DNA of 64,000 bases from Promethearchaeota archaeon (GCA_016839555.1 JAEOUA010000006.1:128001-192000); one strand, 5' to 3'. Shown: positions 48,570-59,301, counted from the stretch's first letter. Made by a program: numbers and translations. The notes: generated from the sequence alone by a model not told the origin.

Positions 48570-51500
48570 TTAAGTATGGTATCGAAATTTTATCCTTAAT
48601 TTATCTTTATTCATATAAAAATTCAATTCTTTCTCATTATTGCAATAATCAAGCGCAAATCGCCGAATTTTTGCCGCCGTTTGCATTAATTCTTTATCAT
48701 TGGGAATGTAAGTCAAGAAATTCTTGCTACAAATCAGAATGAATTTCGCCCGCGCCCGTGAGCTCAGCACATTGAACCGATTCAAATTGTAAATGAACTC
48801 CTCCTCGCTTAAAAGTTGATCTTGAGCGGAAATGCCAATAGAAGTGATAATGAAATCCCGAGCGGAGCCTTGAAATTTTTCCACCGAGTAAATAGTCTTT
48901 TTCAGCAATTCCATTAATTCTCGTTCCCCAAGCGCGTTGAGGTCATAATCATTCAAAATTTGATGAAGTTGTCTGATAATTAAGCGTCCTTGAGCATTAT
49001 GAGGCGCCACCACACCGAGTTTCTCCGTCCAAAACATTCGCTGAATATTCCTTAATTCTTTTTCAAAAGCTTTCGATTTTTCCGGTATATTCATTAAATA
49101 ATACCCCAAAACCAGTTGAATAACGATATAAGCCTCGAGAGGACTAACTGCAGTTTCATATTTGTTCTGATGGATAATAGATTCCACAGCAATTCCCTTA
49201 TCCAATACATCAAGCACCCAGCTCTCTATTTTGGGCTCTTTCCCAGCAGCGATCCAATCTTGAAGGCGGTGAAAATCGCCCTCAATCGTTTTATCTTTAT
49301 TCGTTAATGGCGCAATATCGCGTTCATATATGTCCATATAATTTGTAAAGTCCACGATGTCTTGATGGCTTCTATAGTTGATTTGTAATTGGTCGTTAGG
49401 GATGCGATGATTATCCGCATAAAAACCAAAGAGATTATCCAGAATGGGCTCAAGTTTTTTCGGCGGAAGGACTTGCTGTACAGGAGGTAATTGATTTTGG
49501 TCGCCCACAATTACTAATTTAGTTAACTCATCAACATCGGGGCTTCTTTTAGTTTCTTTAGAGACTAAATATAATTCATTTAATTTCTCGATATCAGAAA
49601 TTTGTTGACCAGAGGCCGCCGATAAATCTTTAGACATAATTTCGACACCGAAATTTTTAACATATAGAAGTGCAGACATAATCTGATTAACTGGCACTTG
49701 CGAGCTTTCATCTACAACAATAAGGTCAAATGCAAATCCCAAATTAATAAAGCTTAGTTTACCATATCTCTTCTTTTTTAAATCAAACAATTGATGCGCA
49801 TTGGTAAAAAGGATGAGATTTTCATTATGTGGCGCTAAGATATCATAAGATTTTTTATCGCTTTCATGAGTAATTTCCGCGAATACCTTAGCTCCAGCAC
49901 CATTTATTTGTCTCATCTCTAGAGTTTTTTTATCTTTAAAATACGCATCATAAAGCGTTTTTGAACCGTGTAAGGAGGGTGGTTCTTGATCTCTGGAGTG
50001 AAGAAAGACGAGTTGAGCCTTCGCAGCTTCGGTTAAATTTCCCGTATTGTCTAAACTATTAAAAATCGTTTCAAAGACTACCCGAAGAGCTGCATAAGAA
50101 AACGCCATAACCAGCACTTTCACGGGCCCTCTATTTTTTTCCTTTTGTCTATGAATATATTCATCGATAAGCATAGCAATGGTTTGGGTTTTTCCGGTTC
50201 CGGGAGGCCCTTGAATCCCATAGATGGTATACTTCATTGCGTTAAGGATGGCTTGTTCTTGGGAGGCATCGGGAGGTGGAGAAATCGGTGTTAATAATTT
50301 TTTAGGAGTATAAGAATAGGAGGGTAGCAGATTCGGGGCATAGAGATAGACCTCGGGCAGCCTTCCTTCGTAGGGGAACGGATCTGGGTACTCCAAGGCA
50401 GTCTTTTGAGTCATATTCCATTTAAACGCCAATATTTTTCCCAGCCAAGATTCTCCAAAATTTTCTCTTAATAGCAATTTTTCTAATCTTTGAGCCCACG
50501 GATTTGATTCATAAGAATACAAATAAAAAGTATCATCAATAAGAATTCGCTCCCCAAGTTGTACTAAAGCTTGCCTTTTGTTTCGAAGATCTATTATTTT
50601 TTGAGAAATTTTATTAACTAAGGAGTAATCTTGAAGATAAGGCGACTGTTCCTCGAGCTCCTGGATATAATTATCCAACAAATCAGTACTCCAGGTTTGA
50701 GTTCTAACCTGCCAGTGATTATTATCCCAATTCAAATCTTCAATCACAATTCTCCATTTATAATTTTTATAGCTGGGAGCATCTCGTAACATTTCTGGTA
50801 CGCAGATTACCCATGCTCCCTCATCAATTTTCACATTTGAAGACATTCCACCAAGTTCAAACTCATAAAAATACCCATTATATCCCCCGTAGCTACCACT
50901 TCCACTTGTCTCAGGAATCTGCCAGATACCATTGATTTTGGCCGATTTTAATTTTCCTACACCATAAGTGGGATACATACATCGAATGTTATCAAGTTCA
51001 AACTCATTATAGGCAGTCGTATAATGTTCAAATAAATACCAAATTTGCGCAATATTGTGATATGATTCAGGTAATTCATAATCGAAAAAATCTTCCATCG
51101 CCCGTGGCTTATTATATCCCAAAAGATAAGATTTCCCATGCTGTTGAAAAACTTGCCTTAACTTATCAAGCGTTCGCACTTTTTTTATCATCTGTTTCTT
51201 TAATTCGCTGAGAAGTGTTGCCTTTTTTTGGCCGTCATTATATAAGTAGCGATACCATTGCTGGAAATCAATAAAATTGAAATGGCGGTTCCAGAAAACC
51301 TCGTAGAAGATTTGCTCTTTATACCCAAATATGGGTTGATATTTTGGTATTTTAGATAGATATTTCGCCAGTTCATGCCAAGTATAATTAATAATCAAAG
51401 GAAAACTCATGGTGGTTTCGGCAAATGCTCTGAGATTAAAGAACTTCTTATGATGATAAGGATGCTTTACGTTCGATTCCGAGGGATTGAACCATCGAAG

Positions 51501-53387
51501 GATATATAATGTCTTTCTGCGTAGCGCAGGACTATCATTTAAGTAATCCAAATTTCGCTCCAGAAATTCTTCTAAATATTCTATTTGTTCTTGAGACCAA
51601 TAATAAATGGCACAATTGAGAGATTTCCCGTCCACTTCGGTGAACCATTCCAAATTTTGGATAAAGATCAGTATTGCATATAAGAGCGAAATTACTTCTT
51701 CTGAGAATTTATTCTCATCCTCTTGAGTAAGTCCTGTATTGACAAGAGAAAAATCTAGTTCAAGAGTACTATAATGCATTTTTCCGCCACTAGAAGCCTT
51801 TTTCAACTGTAGCCAGGGACGATCCTTATTTTTATGCATTTTAAATAGAAATGTCAGAGCAGAAGCAAATCTATTGAGTGAATGTATGACCCGCTTTTCT
51901 ACATTATCCTCTTCAATCCCATCGATGTTGAATTGAGTTAATATCTGATTCTGTATATAGTCCAAGTTATTCGTATCTTCAAAAAATTTATTCCATAGAG
52001 TCCACCATCTCACGAATTTATCATATTGGTTCAAATAATCTGAAACAAAACAGTTTAAATTAAAGGATACCGCGCAGACAACATCGTGGATGGGATCCGT
52101 TTCAAAGTCGAGGATTAAAGAGATCGGGCTATATTTTGGGATGGATATAGAATAAATTTCTCCAATCTTTGGGCTGAGAGGTTTATTTTCTAAGAGCGCC
52201 TGTGCTCGTTGTTTTAGAAAAGGTTTTTCCGCATAGAGAGGGGTGGGAACAATATTTTTTGGGTGTGCATCGATTTTATCAGCCACATCTTTAATAGTCT
52301 CATATATAGGGGCTTGACAATCTTTTAATTGTTCTGAAATAGTTTTTGAAGTATAAGGGATCAGTTGGAGGTCCCATTGGTCTCGAGGATAACAGTCATC
52401 GCATTTCAGCGTTTTTTTACAATCTTCTAAATAGGGGCATCTGGCGCAGATTGATTGGAGATTAAGCGGAATCTCCTCTATACTGCACGGAATTTCCTCT
52501 TTAAATTCCCGGAGTTTATTGGAAAGCGACTCATACAGAATAATGGTGTCTTTAAACGGCATCTTCACGATTTTTCGGCGGATCTCAGAGATACCGAGTT
52601 TCATTTGCTTAACTTTAGTATATCGGGGAAAAATGCCATTTTCATCAACGCGTACGAAAAATTTATCATCTAACCCGTGAATGTGTAAGAAATGATTGAA
52701 GGCCATAAAATAAAAGAGAATTTCGAAAAAATACTTCTTTCCGATACTATCCGGCCGAGACAGCTTGACATCGATGATTGATATGCCGACTCTTGTATCC
52801 AACTCTTTTTCTGGTACTTCTCTGATGGTACCGTCAGCCAATAACTCTCTAATTTGTTCTTTTTCCTTGAACTTTACCTTCGAAAATCTGGTTGCTTCTA
52901 CTTTTTTATTTCCTATTAATAAAAGGTCTGGTCGAAGCGTTTCCGAATAATCAGTAGGTATTTCTTCGCCAGGAGAAAGTTGAAAAAATTCCCAGATAAA
53001 TTGCTCGGGTGTCTCAAAATCATATTCAATAAGACATAATTCTTGGTCTGTGCCATCAACTATTATTTTTTCATATAGCTTTATAAAGAAATCAGGTGTT
53101 AACTGTGGCCCTTTTAAAACATCCCAAGGAGCTTTCTGGAGCACTTTATTCTTATTATTTGGAAAGATAGTATCATAAACTTCATTCTCGTAATTTCTAC
53201 CTAGTTTGATAATGAGTGCGCCTATTTTTTCACGCTCCAAAGGTTCAACTTCGCGATATGGGTGAATCCAAGAGCTATCATTCTTTCCAAGATTCAGAAA
53301 GAGCTGCCGTTCGCAGTTAGATTCCAAATAATCTCCGAGATTTTGCTTATTCAAATGATTTTTAGTCATCTGATATGATAATATCAA
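48570..53387 (-). CDS. Nuclease-helicase: RecB/Cas4-like PD-(D/E)xK + RNase H-like + SF1 (Dna2/Upf1-like) helicase
   Basis: SNCERQL, LRPDLL...IIDVK, CARCPYLEDC; LDFETDP; QGPPGTGKT, VVDESSQ, VGDQNQLPP, NYRSH, SVEKFQG, RFNVLSSRAR. Confidence 0.88.
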   Translation of the reverse strand: MILSYQMTKNHLNKQNLGDYLESNCERQLFLNLGKNDSSWIHPYREVEPLEREKIGALIIKLGRNYENEVYDTIFPNNKNKVLQKAPWDVLKGPQLTPDFFIKLYEKIIVDGTDQELCLIEYDFETPEQFIWEFFQLSPGEEIPTDYSETLRPDLLLIGNKKVEATRFSKVKFKEKEQIRELLADGTIREVPEKELDTRVGISIIDVKLSRPDSIGKKYFFEILFYFMAFNHFLHIHGLDDKFFVRVDENGIFPRYTKVKQMKLGISEIRRKIVKMPFKDTIILYESLSNKLREFKEEIPCSIEEIPLNLQSICARCPYLEDCKKTLKCDDCYPRDQWDLQLIPYTSKTISEQLKDCQAPIYETIKDVADKIDAHPKNIVPTPLYAEKPFLKQRAQALLENKPLSPKIGEIYSISIPKYSPISLILDFETDPIHDVVCAVSFNLNCFVSDYLNQYDKFVRWWTLWNKFFEDTNNLDYIQNQILTQFNIDGIEEDNVEKRVIHSLNRFASALTFLFKMHKNKDRPWLQLKKASSGGKMHYSTLELDFSLVNTGLTQEDENKFSEEVISLLYAILIFIQNLEWFTEVDGKSLNCAIYYWSQEQIEYLEEFLERNLDYLNDSPALRRKTLYILRWFNPSESNVKHPYHHKKFFNLRAFAETTMSFPLIINYTWHELAKYLSKIPKYQPIFGYKEQIFYEVFWNRHFNFIDFQQWYRYLYNDGQKKATLLSELKKQMIKKVRTLDKLRQVFQQHGKSYLLGYNKPRAMEDFFDYELPESYHNIAQIWYLFEHYTTAYNEFELDNIRCMYPTYGVGKLKSAKINGIWQIPETSGSGSYGGYNGYFYEFELGGMSSNVKIDEGAWVICVPEMLRDAPSYKNYKWRIVIEDLNWDNNHWQVRTQTWSTDLLDNYIQELEEQSPYLQDYSLVNKISQKIIDLRNKRQALVQLGERILIDDTFYLYSYESNPWAQRLEKLLLRENFGESWLGKILAFKWNMTQKTALEYPDPFPYEGRLPEVYLYAPNLLPSYSYTPKKLLTPISPPPDASQEQAILNAMKYTIYGIQGPPGTGKTQTIAMLIDEYIHRQKEKNRGPVKVLVMAFSYAALRVVFETIFNSLDNTGNLTEAAKAQLVFLHSRDQEPPSLHGSKTLYDAYFKDKKTLEMRQINGAGAKVFAEITHESDKKSYDILAPHNENLILFTNAHQLFDLKKKRYGKLSFINLGFAFDLIVVDESSQVPVNQIMSALLYVKNFGVEIMSKDLSAASGQQISDIEKLNELYLVSKETKRSPDVDELTKLVIVGDQNQLPPVQQVLPPKKLEPILDNLFGFYADNHRIPNDQLQINYRSHQDIVDFTNYMDIYERDIAPLTNKDKTIEGDFHRLQDWIAAGKEPKIESWVLDVLDKGIAVESIIHQNKYETAVSPLEAYIVIQLVLGYYLMNIPEKSKAFEKELRNIQRMFWTEKLGVVAPHNAQGRLIIRQLHQILNDYDLNALGERELMELLKKTIYSVEKFQGSARDFIITSIGISAQDQLLSEEEFIYNLNRFNVLSSRARAKFILICSKNFLTYIPNDKELMQTAAKIRRFALDYCNNEKELNFYMNKDKLRIKFRYHT

Positions 53388-53704
53388 TTAAAATTATTAA
53401 ATTAAGTGGTTTAACCATTAAAGTGAAATCTTACTAAAATTATTAAATAGATAATATGAATATAATATTTAAGTTAAAGGAATTTCAGCTCTTTTAGATA
53501 AAATTAATTTTTGTATATGACCAAACTTTATTATATTTTTTAAAATATTTTAAGAATCTCTCTTAGATTTATTTTTTTTTGAAATAAACTATTTCTCCTC
53601 CTCGAATAATTACGACAAAATTCAGAAAACCTTCACTCTACATAATTTTAAACCTTGAATCAAATAATTCTTTAAAGAAAAAAAACATAGAAAAAAGTGA
53701 TTTT

Positions 53705-56440
53705 TTGAAGAAATATAAAATTGCTGACAAAAGATGTAATATATGTGGAGGTCTTATTTCATGGGATGATTACCCAAATCCAAAATTGCCTATTCATGTT
53801 GATAATAAAGGATATAAAATTGGAGATGGAGATTGCCATTATTATCTAAAAGAGGATTATAATCATTTTTCAACCCAAAAATTTCATAGATTTGGAAGTA
53901 ATGGTAAATTAAATCTTTTTGAGTCATATATACCTCATATAACACGATTTTTAATTGGAAAAATAGATAAGAAAATTAATGTTATAACATATTTAATCAA
54001 AATTCCAGATAAGACTGAAAAAGATGAATTATATAGAAATATAAACAAAATAACAAGATTATTATTCGATAATAATGAAATAATTTCATTTTTTAAAATA
54101 ATTCCTGAGATTTCAGAAGAAGAAAAAAAGAAATTTGTTACCATTAATATTTTAAATAATTTATCCATAAATAATGAGGAACTTCAAAAAATTATTAATA
54201 CCCACTTAAATTCTAACTTAAAAATAGTCAATAGCTCAGAAGAAATAATAAATTTAGAGGATAATCTCGATGAATTAAAAACTTTTTTCGATTCAATTTT
54301 TTATGAACTTAGATTTAAATTTAAGAAAGATAATATTGAACCTTATGTTCGTTATTTCTATGATATTACTGAAGAAAAAATCTTGTTTTATGTAGATATA
54401 GACGTTGGTTATCCTTTAGAAAGTTCAAAGCCAATTTCTAAGGATGAAATAGGAAAAAGAGTCTTAGGAAAAAGTCGGTTTAATATTAATAAAAAATACA
54501 TATTAAGAGAAATTACTACAACTTCTATTTCAGAACACTTAAATTCTGAAGAGTATAGAAATTCTTTTATACCATTTATTCAGAATACATTCTTTAAAGC
54601 AGGAAAACCTAAGAAGCGGAAAGATGGAAAAAATTGGACTATATACGACTTATGGACAGAAATAAATGAAATTAAGCTAGATAGAAATGATAATATAGCA
54701 ATAGTCTCAGTAGGAACAGATTTTCGAGCAAAGAAATTCTTTTTTCCCAAATCAAGATTATTTATTCCTAAACCATACATTCCAGAAAAGACTGAGAGAG
54801 CAAACGATATCCAAAAAGTAAAAGAAGAATTATATAAAATGTTAAAGCAGAGACAAGAGATTTTGGAAAAATTAAAAACTTCACTAAAAATTATTCTTCT
54901 TGAAGAAGTAATTCCCAGATATTATGATCTTATGAAGTTTCCCTTCGAAATTGAGTTTAAAAATAAAATTTTTAATTTACAAAGAAAAGAAGATGACAAA
55001 TATTATTTAAATTATATACCTCAAGAACTATTAAAGTCTGATTATTTACCTCTTGCGGGAAAATTTGAGTTTGCTATTTTGTCAATACTACCCAAAAATC
55101 TTACTAAAAAGGAACAAAACTATTTCGAAAGTTTTGAAGCAAGCCTTAAAGAAGAATTAATTAATTATAATTTAGCTAGTAATGTAAAGATTGAAAATCC
55201 AATTAAATATACATTTAATTCTGAAAGTATCATTAATAATGAAAGAAATGTTTGGGCAGATAATTTTAATAAAGAAATAGCTCCTAAACTAATAAGATAT
55301 AATGAGGAAATTAAAGACTCCTCTAAAATTGTGATCTTATTATTAGGTTTAAAAGAGCTGCATACTGCTTCGAAAATTTTCAAAAGAGAAATGGAGAATT
55401 ATTTTTATAATTTATTAAAATCCAAGTTAAGTTCTTTACACTTCAGTGTCGTTCAAGGAATAAAATATGATAAAAAGAGTCCAAAAACAAAGTCACAAAA
55501 GGCAACTATGTTTTATAGAAATTGCCTCCAAAATATAGCAGCTAATAATCCAAAAAGTGATATAGCTAAAAAAATAAGGAAAGGACTTATTTTTACAAAA
55601 AAGAGACCTTTTGGAACTTTAGAAATGGAAAAAATTGAAGAATCTGTGGATATGATCGCTGGATTCGATGCCTCAAAAGCTGAGCATGCAGAATTTTCTA
55701 CTCCAAGAGGAGCCACTATTACTATGATAGATCCTTACGGAAGGCAAATAAAAACAGGTTATATTGAAAATGCTCTTACTAATGCGGGAGTGATAAGTGA
55801 AAAAGCTGTACGAGATATAATTATTGATACTTTAAATATTCAGAAAAATTTACTAAGGGAGAGTTATGAGAGTTCAAATAAAAATGTTAAAAAAAATACA
55901 TTAGATTATTTTATTTATAAAAATCCAGATATTCAAAAAAAGATTTTATTTGTTTATGACGGAAAATTCTACCAAAAACAAATTTCCTCTTTTATTACGA
56001 TTTATAGAGAATTGAAAAAGAAATATTCAATAATGCCTGAAATTTATTTATTTGAAATTTTAAAATCTCATCCGATTAGAAATTATTTATACAAAGATAA
56101 TAAGGTTGAAAATATTCCATTCGGAACTTTAGCTATTTTGAATGAAAAAGAAATACTTCTAACTAGCCATATTTTACCTAATAAAAAATATATGGTTAAT
56201 TCTTGCCTTTATAGATTTAAAATGTTACTTACTAATAAAGAACAAACCGATGTAGTTTATCAGATTACAGAAAAAGAGCTTTTAAAGGTTGGAATAAAAT
56301 TATTTCAAACCTCCTTATTCAACACAGGAAAAAGTGGTAGGCCTCTCAAAGAAACAAAAGTAATACATGAAAGTCATAAATTGTCTAAAGAATATTCTGA
56401 AAAACCCGATTCTATTGGAATTTTACATTACAAGGATTAA
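53705..56440 (+). CDS. ago: Long prokaryotic Argonaute (PAZ-MID-PIWI) with N-terminal Zn-finger-like module
   Basis: PIWI motifs IAGFDAS (D655), LFVYDG (D752), EILKSHPIR, NIPFGT, IHESHKLS (H891); MID YNLLK...VQGI; PAZ-like TIYDLW...FFFPKSRL. Confidence 0.82.
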   Translation: MKKYKIADKRCNICGGLISWDDYPNPKLPIHVDNKGYKIGDGDCHYYLKEDYNHFSTQKFHRFGSNGKLNLFESYIPHITRFLIGKIDKKINVITYLIKIPDKTEKDELYRNINKITRLLFDNNEIISFFKIIPEISEEEKKKFVTINILNNLSINNEELQKIINTHLNSNLKIVNSSEEIINLEDNLDELKTFFDSIFYELRFKFKKDNIEPYVRYFYDITEEKILFYVDIDVGYPLESSKPISKDEIGKRVLGKSRFNINKKYILREITTTSISEHLNSEEYRNSFIPFIQNTFFKAGKPKKRKDGKNWTIYDLWTEINEIKLDRNDNIAIVSVGTDFRAKKFFFPKSRLFIPKPYIPEKTERANDIQKVKEELYKMLKQRQEILEKLKTSLKIILLEEVIPRYYDLMKFPFEIEFKNKIFNLQRKEDDKYYLNYIPQELLKSDYLPLAGKFEFAILSILPKNLTKKEQNYFESFEASLKEELINYNLASNVKIENPIKYTFNSESIINNERNVWADNFNKEIAPKLIRYNEEIKDSSKIVILLLGLKELHTASKIFKREMENYFYNLLKSKLSSLHFSVVQGIKYDKKSPKTKSQKATMFYRNCLQNIAANNPKSDIAKKIRKGLIFTKKRPFGTLEMEKIEESVDMIAGFDASKAEHAEFSTPRGATITMIDPYGRQIKTGYIENALTNAGVISEKAVRDIIIDTLNIQKNLLRESYESSNKNVKKNTLDYFIYKNPDIQKKILFVYDGKFYQKQISSFITIYRELKKKYSIMPEIYLFEILKSHPIRNYLYKDNKVENIPFGTLAILNEKEILLTSHILPNKKYMVNSCLYRFKMLLTNKEQTDVVYQITEKELLKVGIKLFQTSLFNTGKSGRPLKETKVIHESHKLSKEYSEKPDSIGILHYKD

Positions 56441-56470
56441 GCGTCTTTTAAAAAACAAATTTAGAGATAA

Positions 56471-56740
56471 ATGGAACGAAAAGATTTTGAAAAGAGAAAA
56501 AGGATAGTAATTAAGAATGGTTTGAGTAATATAAAAGCTTTAAAGGAAACTTTTGAAAAATTAAGAGAAATAAACTGGTATGAAAATTGGGAATATCCCA
56601 ATGAATATAGAAAGGTTAATGGTACTAAACTTGATCCAATAGACATAGATCATTTATTTGATAAAATAGAATTAATAATATTCGAACTCACAAAATTTCC
56701 ACGAAAACTTAGATTATTATGGGAAGTAGGATTAAAATAA
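56471..56740 (+). CDS. Small hypothetical protein downstream of Argonaute
   Basis: 89-aa ORF 30 nt after the ago stop, same strand. Confidence 0.5.
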   Translation: MERKDFEKRKRIVIKNGLSNIKALKETFEKLREINWYENWEYPNEYRKVNGTKLDPIDIDHLFDKIELIIFELTKFPRKLRLLWEVGLK

Positions 56741-56827
56741 GTATAATATTAATCTCCTTTATCTATTACCTTTAGAGAATAATTTTTAAAATAGTTGAGT
56801 CTGATCTAAACCAATTTTTTAATATTA

Positions 56828-57082
56828 TTAAAAATCAGTAATTTTTTTTCCAATTTTAAAATATGAGATAAGCCACCCCAGATTATAAGATACACGTTGA
56901 AGGATATGTAAAATAATAAATGTAATTCTTTTTTTTAATGAAAACTCATTAGAGCTATAAAGGCACCAATGATATTTGAGATTTTTTGTAATTTCTCTAA
57001 GCCTTAAAGGTGGTCTTAGAGATTCATAATTCAAATTATTATAATTAGTTTCTGATGGATTATTAAAATTGAAAAATGTCAT
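56828..57082 (-). CDS. Small protein resembling a glycosyltransferase C-terminal segment
   Basis: Hydrophobic ...ILQRVSYNLGW; directly follows the GT2 gene. Confidence 0.4.
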   Translation of the reverse strand: MTFFNFNNPSETNYNNLNYESLRPPLRLREITKNLKYHWCLYSSNEFSLKKRITFIILHILQRVSYNLGWLISYFKIGKKITDF

Positions 57083-57149
57083 TAATTCAACAAATTGTAT
57101 TTTTAAATTCTAGTTTTAACCAATTTTTTATTTTAATATTTTAATTACT

Positions 57150-57854
57150 TTAAGATTGAATATATTTAAAAACTACTTCATAGCATCCTTTTCCATATCT
57201 ATAGAAAGTTTAGATAAAATCTTGAATTGTTGTTCTATAATTATGTTTAATAATCATATTTTCCTCAAAACCAAAAGAATATCCCAACTTAGCTAATTTA
57301 AAACTGAGACCGTTATCTTCTCCACCTGGATAAATATGAGTTTTATCAAAACCATTCACTCTTATTAATAAGTTTCTCCTATAGCAAGCATTCGCAGTAA
57401 CTAAGTATTGAAGCTGGACTGGAGGTTCTAAAATCCTATGGAAGGTATAATATTGACTTATTTTCCCATTTTTAACTGGAAGTACCTTTCCACCTATTCC
57501 TGCTATACTATTATTAATCCAGTAATTAGAATTTCTTATTGAATGAATCCAATTAGGATCAACTATACAATCATCATCAGTAAAAGCGATGTAATCGCTA
57601 TTTGATAATTTTATTCCGATATTTCGCGAAGCCCCTGGACCTATAGGGAAAGGATTTTCACATACAATTGGAACGAATTCATGGCGCTTTCTCCTCCATA
57701 GATTTAGAATCCTGCTTGTATTATTGCTTGATCCATCATTAATAACAATAATTTCATTTGGTTGTTCCTTTAAATTTTTAAATGATTTTAAGAGATTAAC
57801 TAATTTTTTGACTCTGTTATGAGTTGGAACAACAATTGATATTGATGTAATCAT
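57150..57854 (-). CDS. Family 2 glycosyltransferase with premature TAA at 57210-57212
   Basis: SIVVPTHNR, INDGS, ASRNIG, FTDDDC, GGFD-like NGFD, GGED; TFYRYGKG continues in frame after the stop. Confidence 0.85.
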
Positions 57855-57894
57855 TCTAAATTCCCTCCATCTACATATTAGAAATTAACATTTA

Positions 57895-59139
57895 TTAATC
57901 CTTAAGCATAATTTTATTTTCATCAACTTTTTTTAGAAATTCTATCAAAATTCTATAGCAATTCCAGAGGTTTTGAAAATCCAATTTATCGATGGTATCA
58001 TCTGTGGTGTGATAGTGTGTCGCAAATCCTTCTTTTGGCGACCCTACGAGTGAGCAACACGTAATATTATTTCGCGAATATGCCATAGAATCTGTGTAGC
58101 CCGAAACATTACCTATTGTATGTGAAACATCTAAATCTGTCGCGATTTTGGACAGTTCTTCGCCGAGGGTTCGGGAAAGAGGAACTAATGAGTATAATTC
58201 TCTAATATCTATTTTCTGAGTAGAATCCCTGCCACCGACCATATCAATATTAACCACAAGTGCATCTTTCAATTCAGCAAAATGTTTTTTGGAAAAGCGT
58301 TTACTCCCTCGATCTCCAATCTCCTCACAGCCATGTGAAACTAGCCAAACTTCTGTAGTTTCTAATCCTCCTAAGGTGTTCAAGTGCTTCGCAAGTTCAA
58401 AAATAATAGCGATAGATGTTAAATTGTCATCTGCGCCCATAACCGGTGTATGTGAAACGCATTTAATTATTGTATAAATGAGGAGAGGGATTAGAGCCGT
58501 CAAAATTAAAAGGAGACTTAAATCAACTGCGGGGACAAATAGGAACGAAATTTCAAATACATATAGTATTATTTTCAAGATGTAAATTCCAAGCAAAAGA
58601 AAGCTCAACATAACTGGGATTCCCATTATTGTAGTGAAACGCTTCGGCCACCGTTTTAGAATTGGAAATTCCCAATTAGAATCATGATGCCCTCCGATTA
58701 AAACGGTGTGTTTAACTGCTTTTTTTGGTGTAAATCTCCCATATACATTAGTGGATTCTTTTGTTTTAAAAAGCGGATCGATGAATTCGATATTGCGCAA
58801 TAGATTTGTTTGAATAACGATGAATGAGATCACCATCAATATCAATGAAAATAATAGAGGGATGAGATTAGGATAAAAAAAGTAAATCCAATATAAGACG
58901 GTAGTAAGTATTATATTTACCATTGAAATACGATATGTAGCTCGATAGGAGCCTGGATGGCAATAAAAATGTTCTATAGTTGCATCATCAGTATACTTTT
59001 TAAAGGTTTCTAAGATAAATGTGGCGCATTCTGCTTCTTGGATACTACATGGCGGTCTGGGACCAATCGTATCACATATGATTTGGATTGTGTTTTGCAT
59101 TGAATCTTTAATCTCTTCTTTTCCATTCAAAAGATACAT
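57895..59139 (-). CDS. Membrane M28-family metallopeptidase
   Basis: GGHHDS, GADDN, GCEEIG, NIDMVG, YTDS, YHTTDD plus four TM segments. Confidence 0.9.
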   Translation of the reverse strand: MYLLNGKEEIKDSMQNTIQIICDTIGPRPPCSIQEAECATFILETFKKYTDDATIEHFYCHPGSYRATYRISMVNIILTTVLYWIYFFYPNLIPLLFSLILMVISFIVIQTNLLRNIEFIDPLFKTKESTNVYGRFTPKKAVKHTVLIGGHHDSNWEFPILKRWPKRFTTIMGIPVMLSFLLLGIYILKIILYVFEISFLFVPAVDLSLLLILTALIPLLIYTIIKCVSHTPVMGADDNLTSIAIIFELAKHLNTLGGLETTEVWLVSHGCEEIGDRGSKRFSKKHFAELKDALVVNIDMVGGRDSTQKIDIRELYSLVPLSRTLGEELSKIATDLDVSHTIGNVSGYTDSMAYSRNNITCCSLVGSPKEGFATHYHTTDDTIDKLDFQNLWNCYRILIEFLKKVDENKIMLKD

Positions 59140-59301
59140 CCTCCAGTTTAAATTAATTAAAAAATGACATATAATCTAGTAAATTTTAAACGATAAAATT
59201 ATTATATTTCTTAGATTTGTTAAAGAAATTAGTACTGAAAAAAATTAATTATTTAATTAATTTAATTATTAAATTTATATCAAATAATTTAGGTTATTAA
59301 A

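Noticed and set aside
48570-53387. Cas4 / CRISPR-Cas locus
   Set aside because: The Cas4-like Cys/PD-(D/E)xK pattern is fused to an SF1 helicase, and no cas1, cas2 or array is present.
4330-56646. Many short ORFs antisense to or nested in long genes (e.g. 4330-4698, 8546-8776, 29620-29904, 35771-36106, 49116-49510, 53935-55716)
   Set aside because: They are shadow frames of well-supported genes, rich in F/S/L/I and without motifs.
32940-57212. Stop-codon reassignment suggested by in-frame stops (33327 TGA, 32940 TAA, 57210 TAA, plus the LRR remnant TGA)
   Set aside because: Different stop codons are involved, TAA, TAG and TGA all terminate intact genes here, and long genes have no internal stops; ordinary decay or error explains them.
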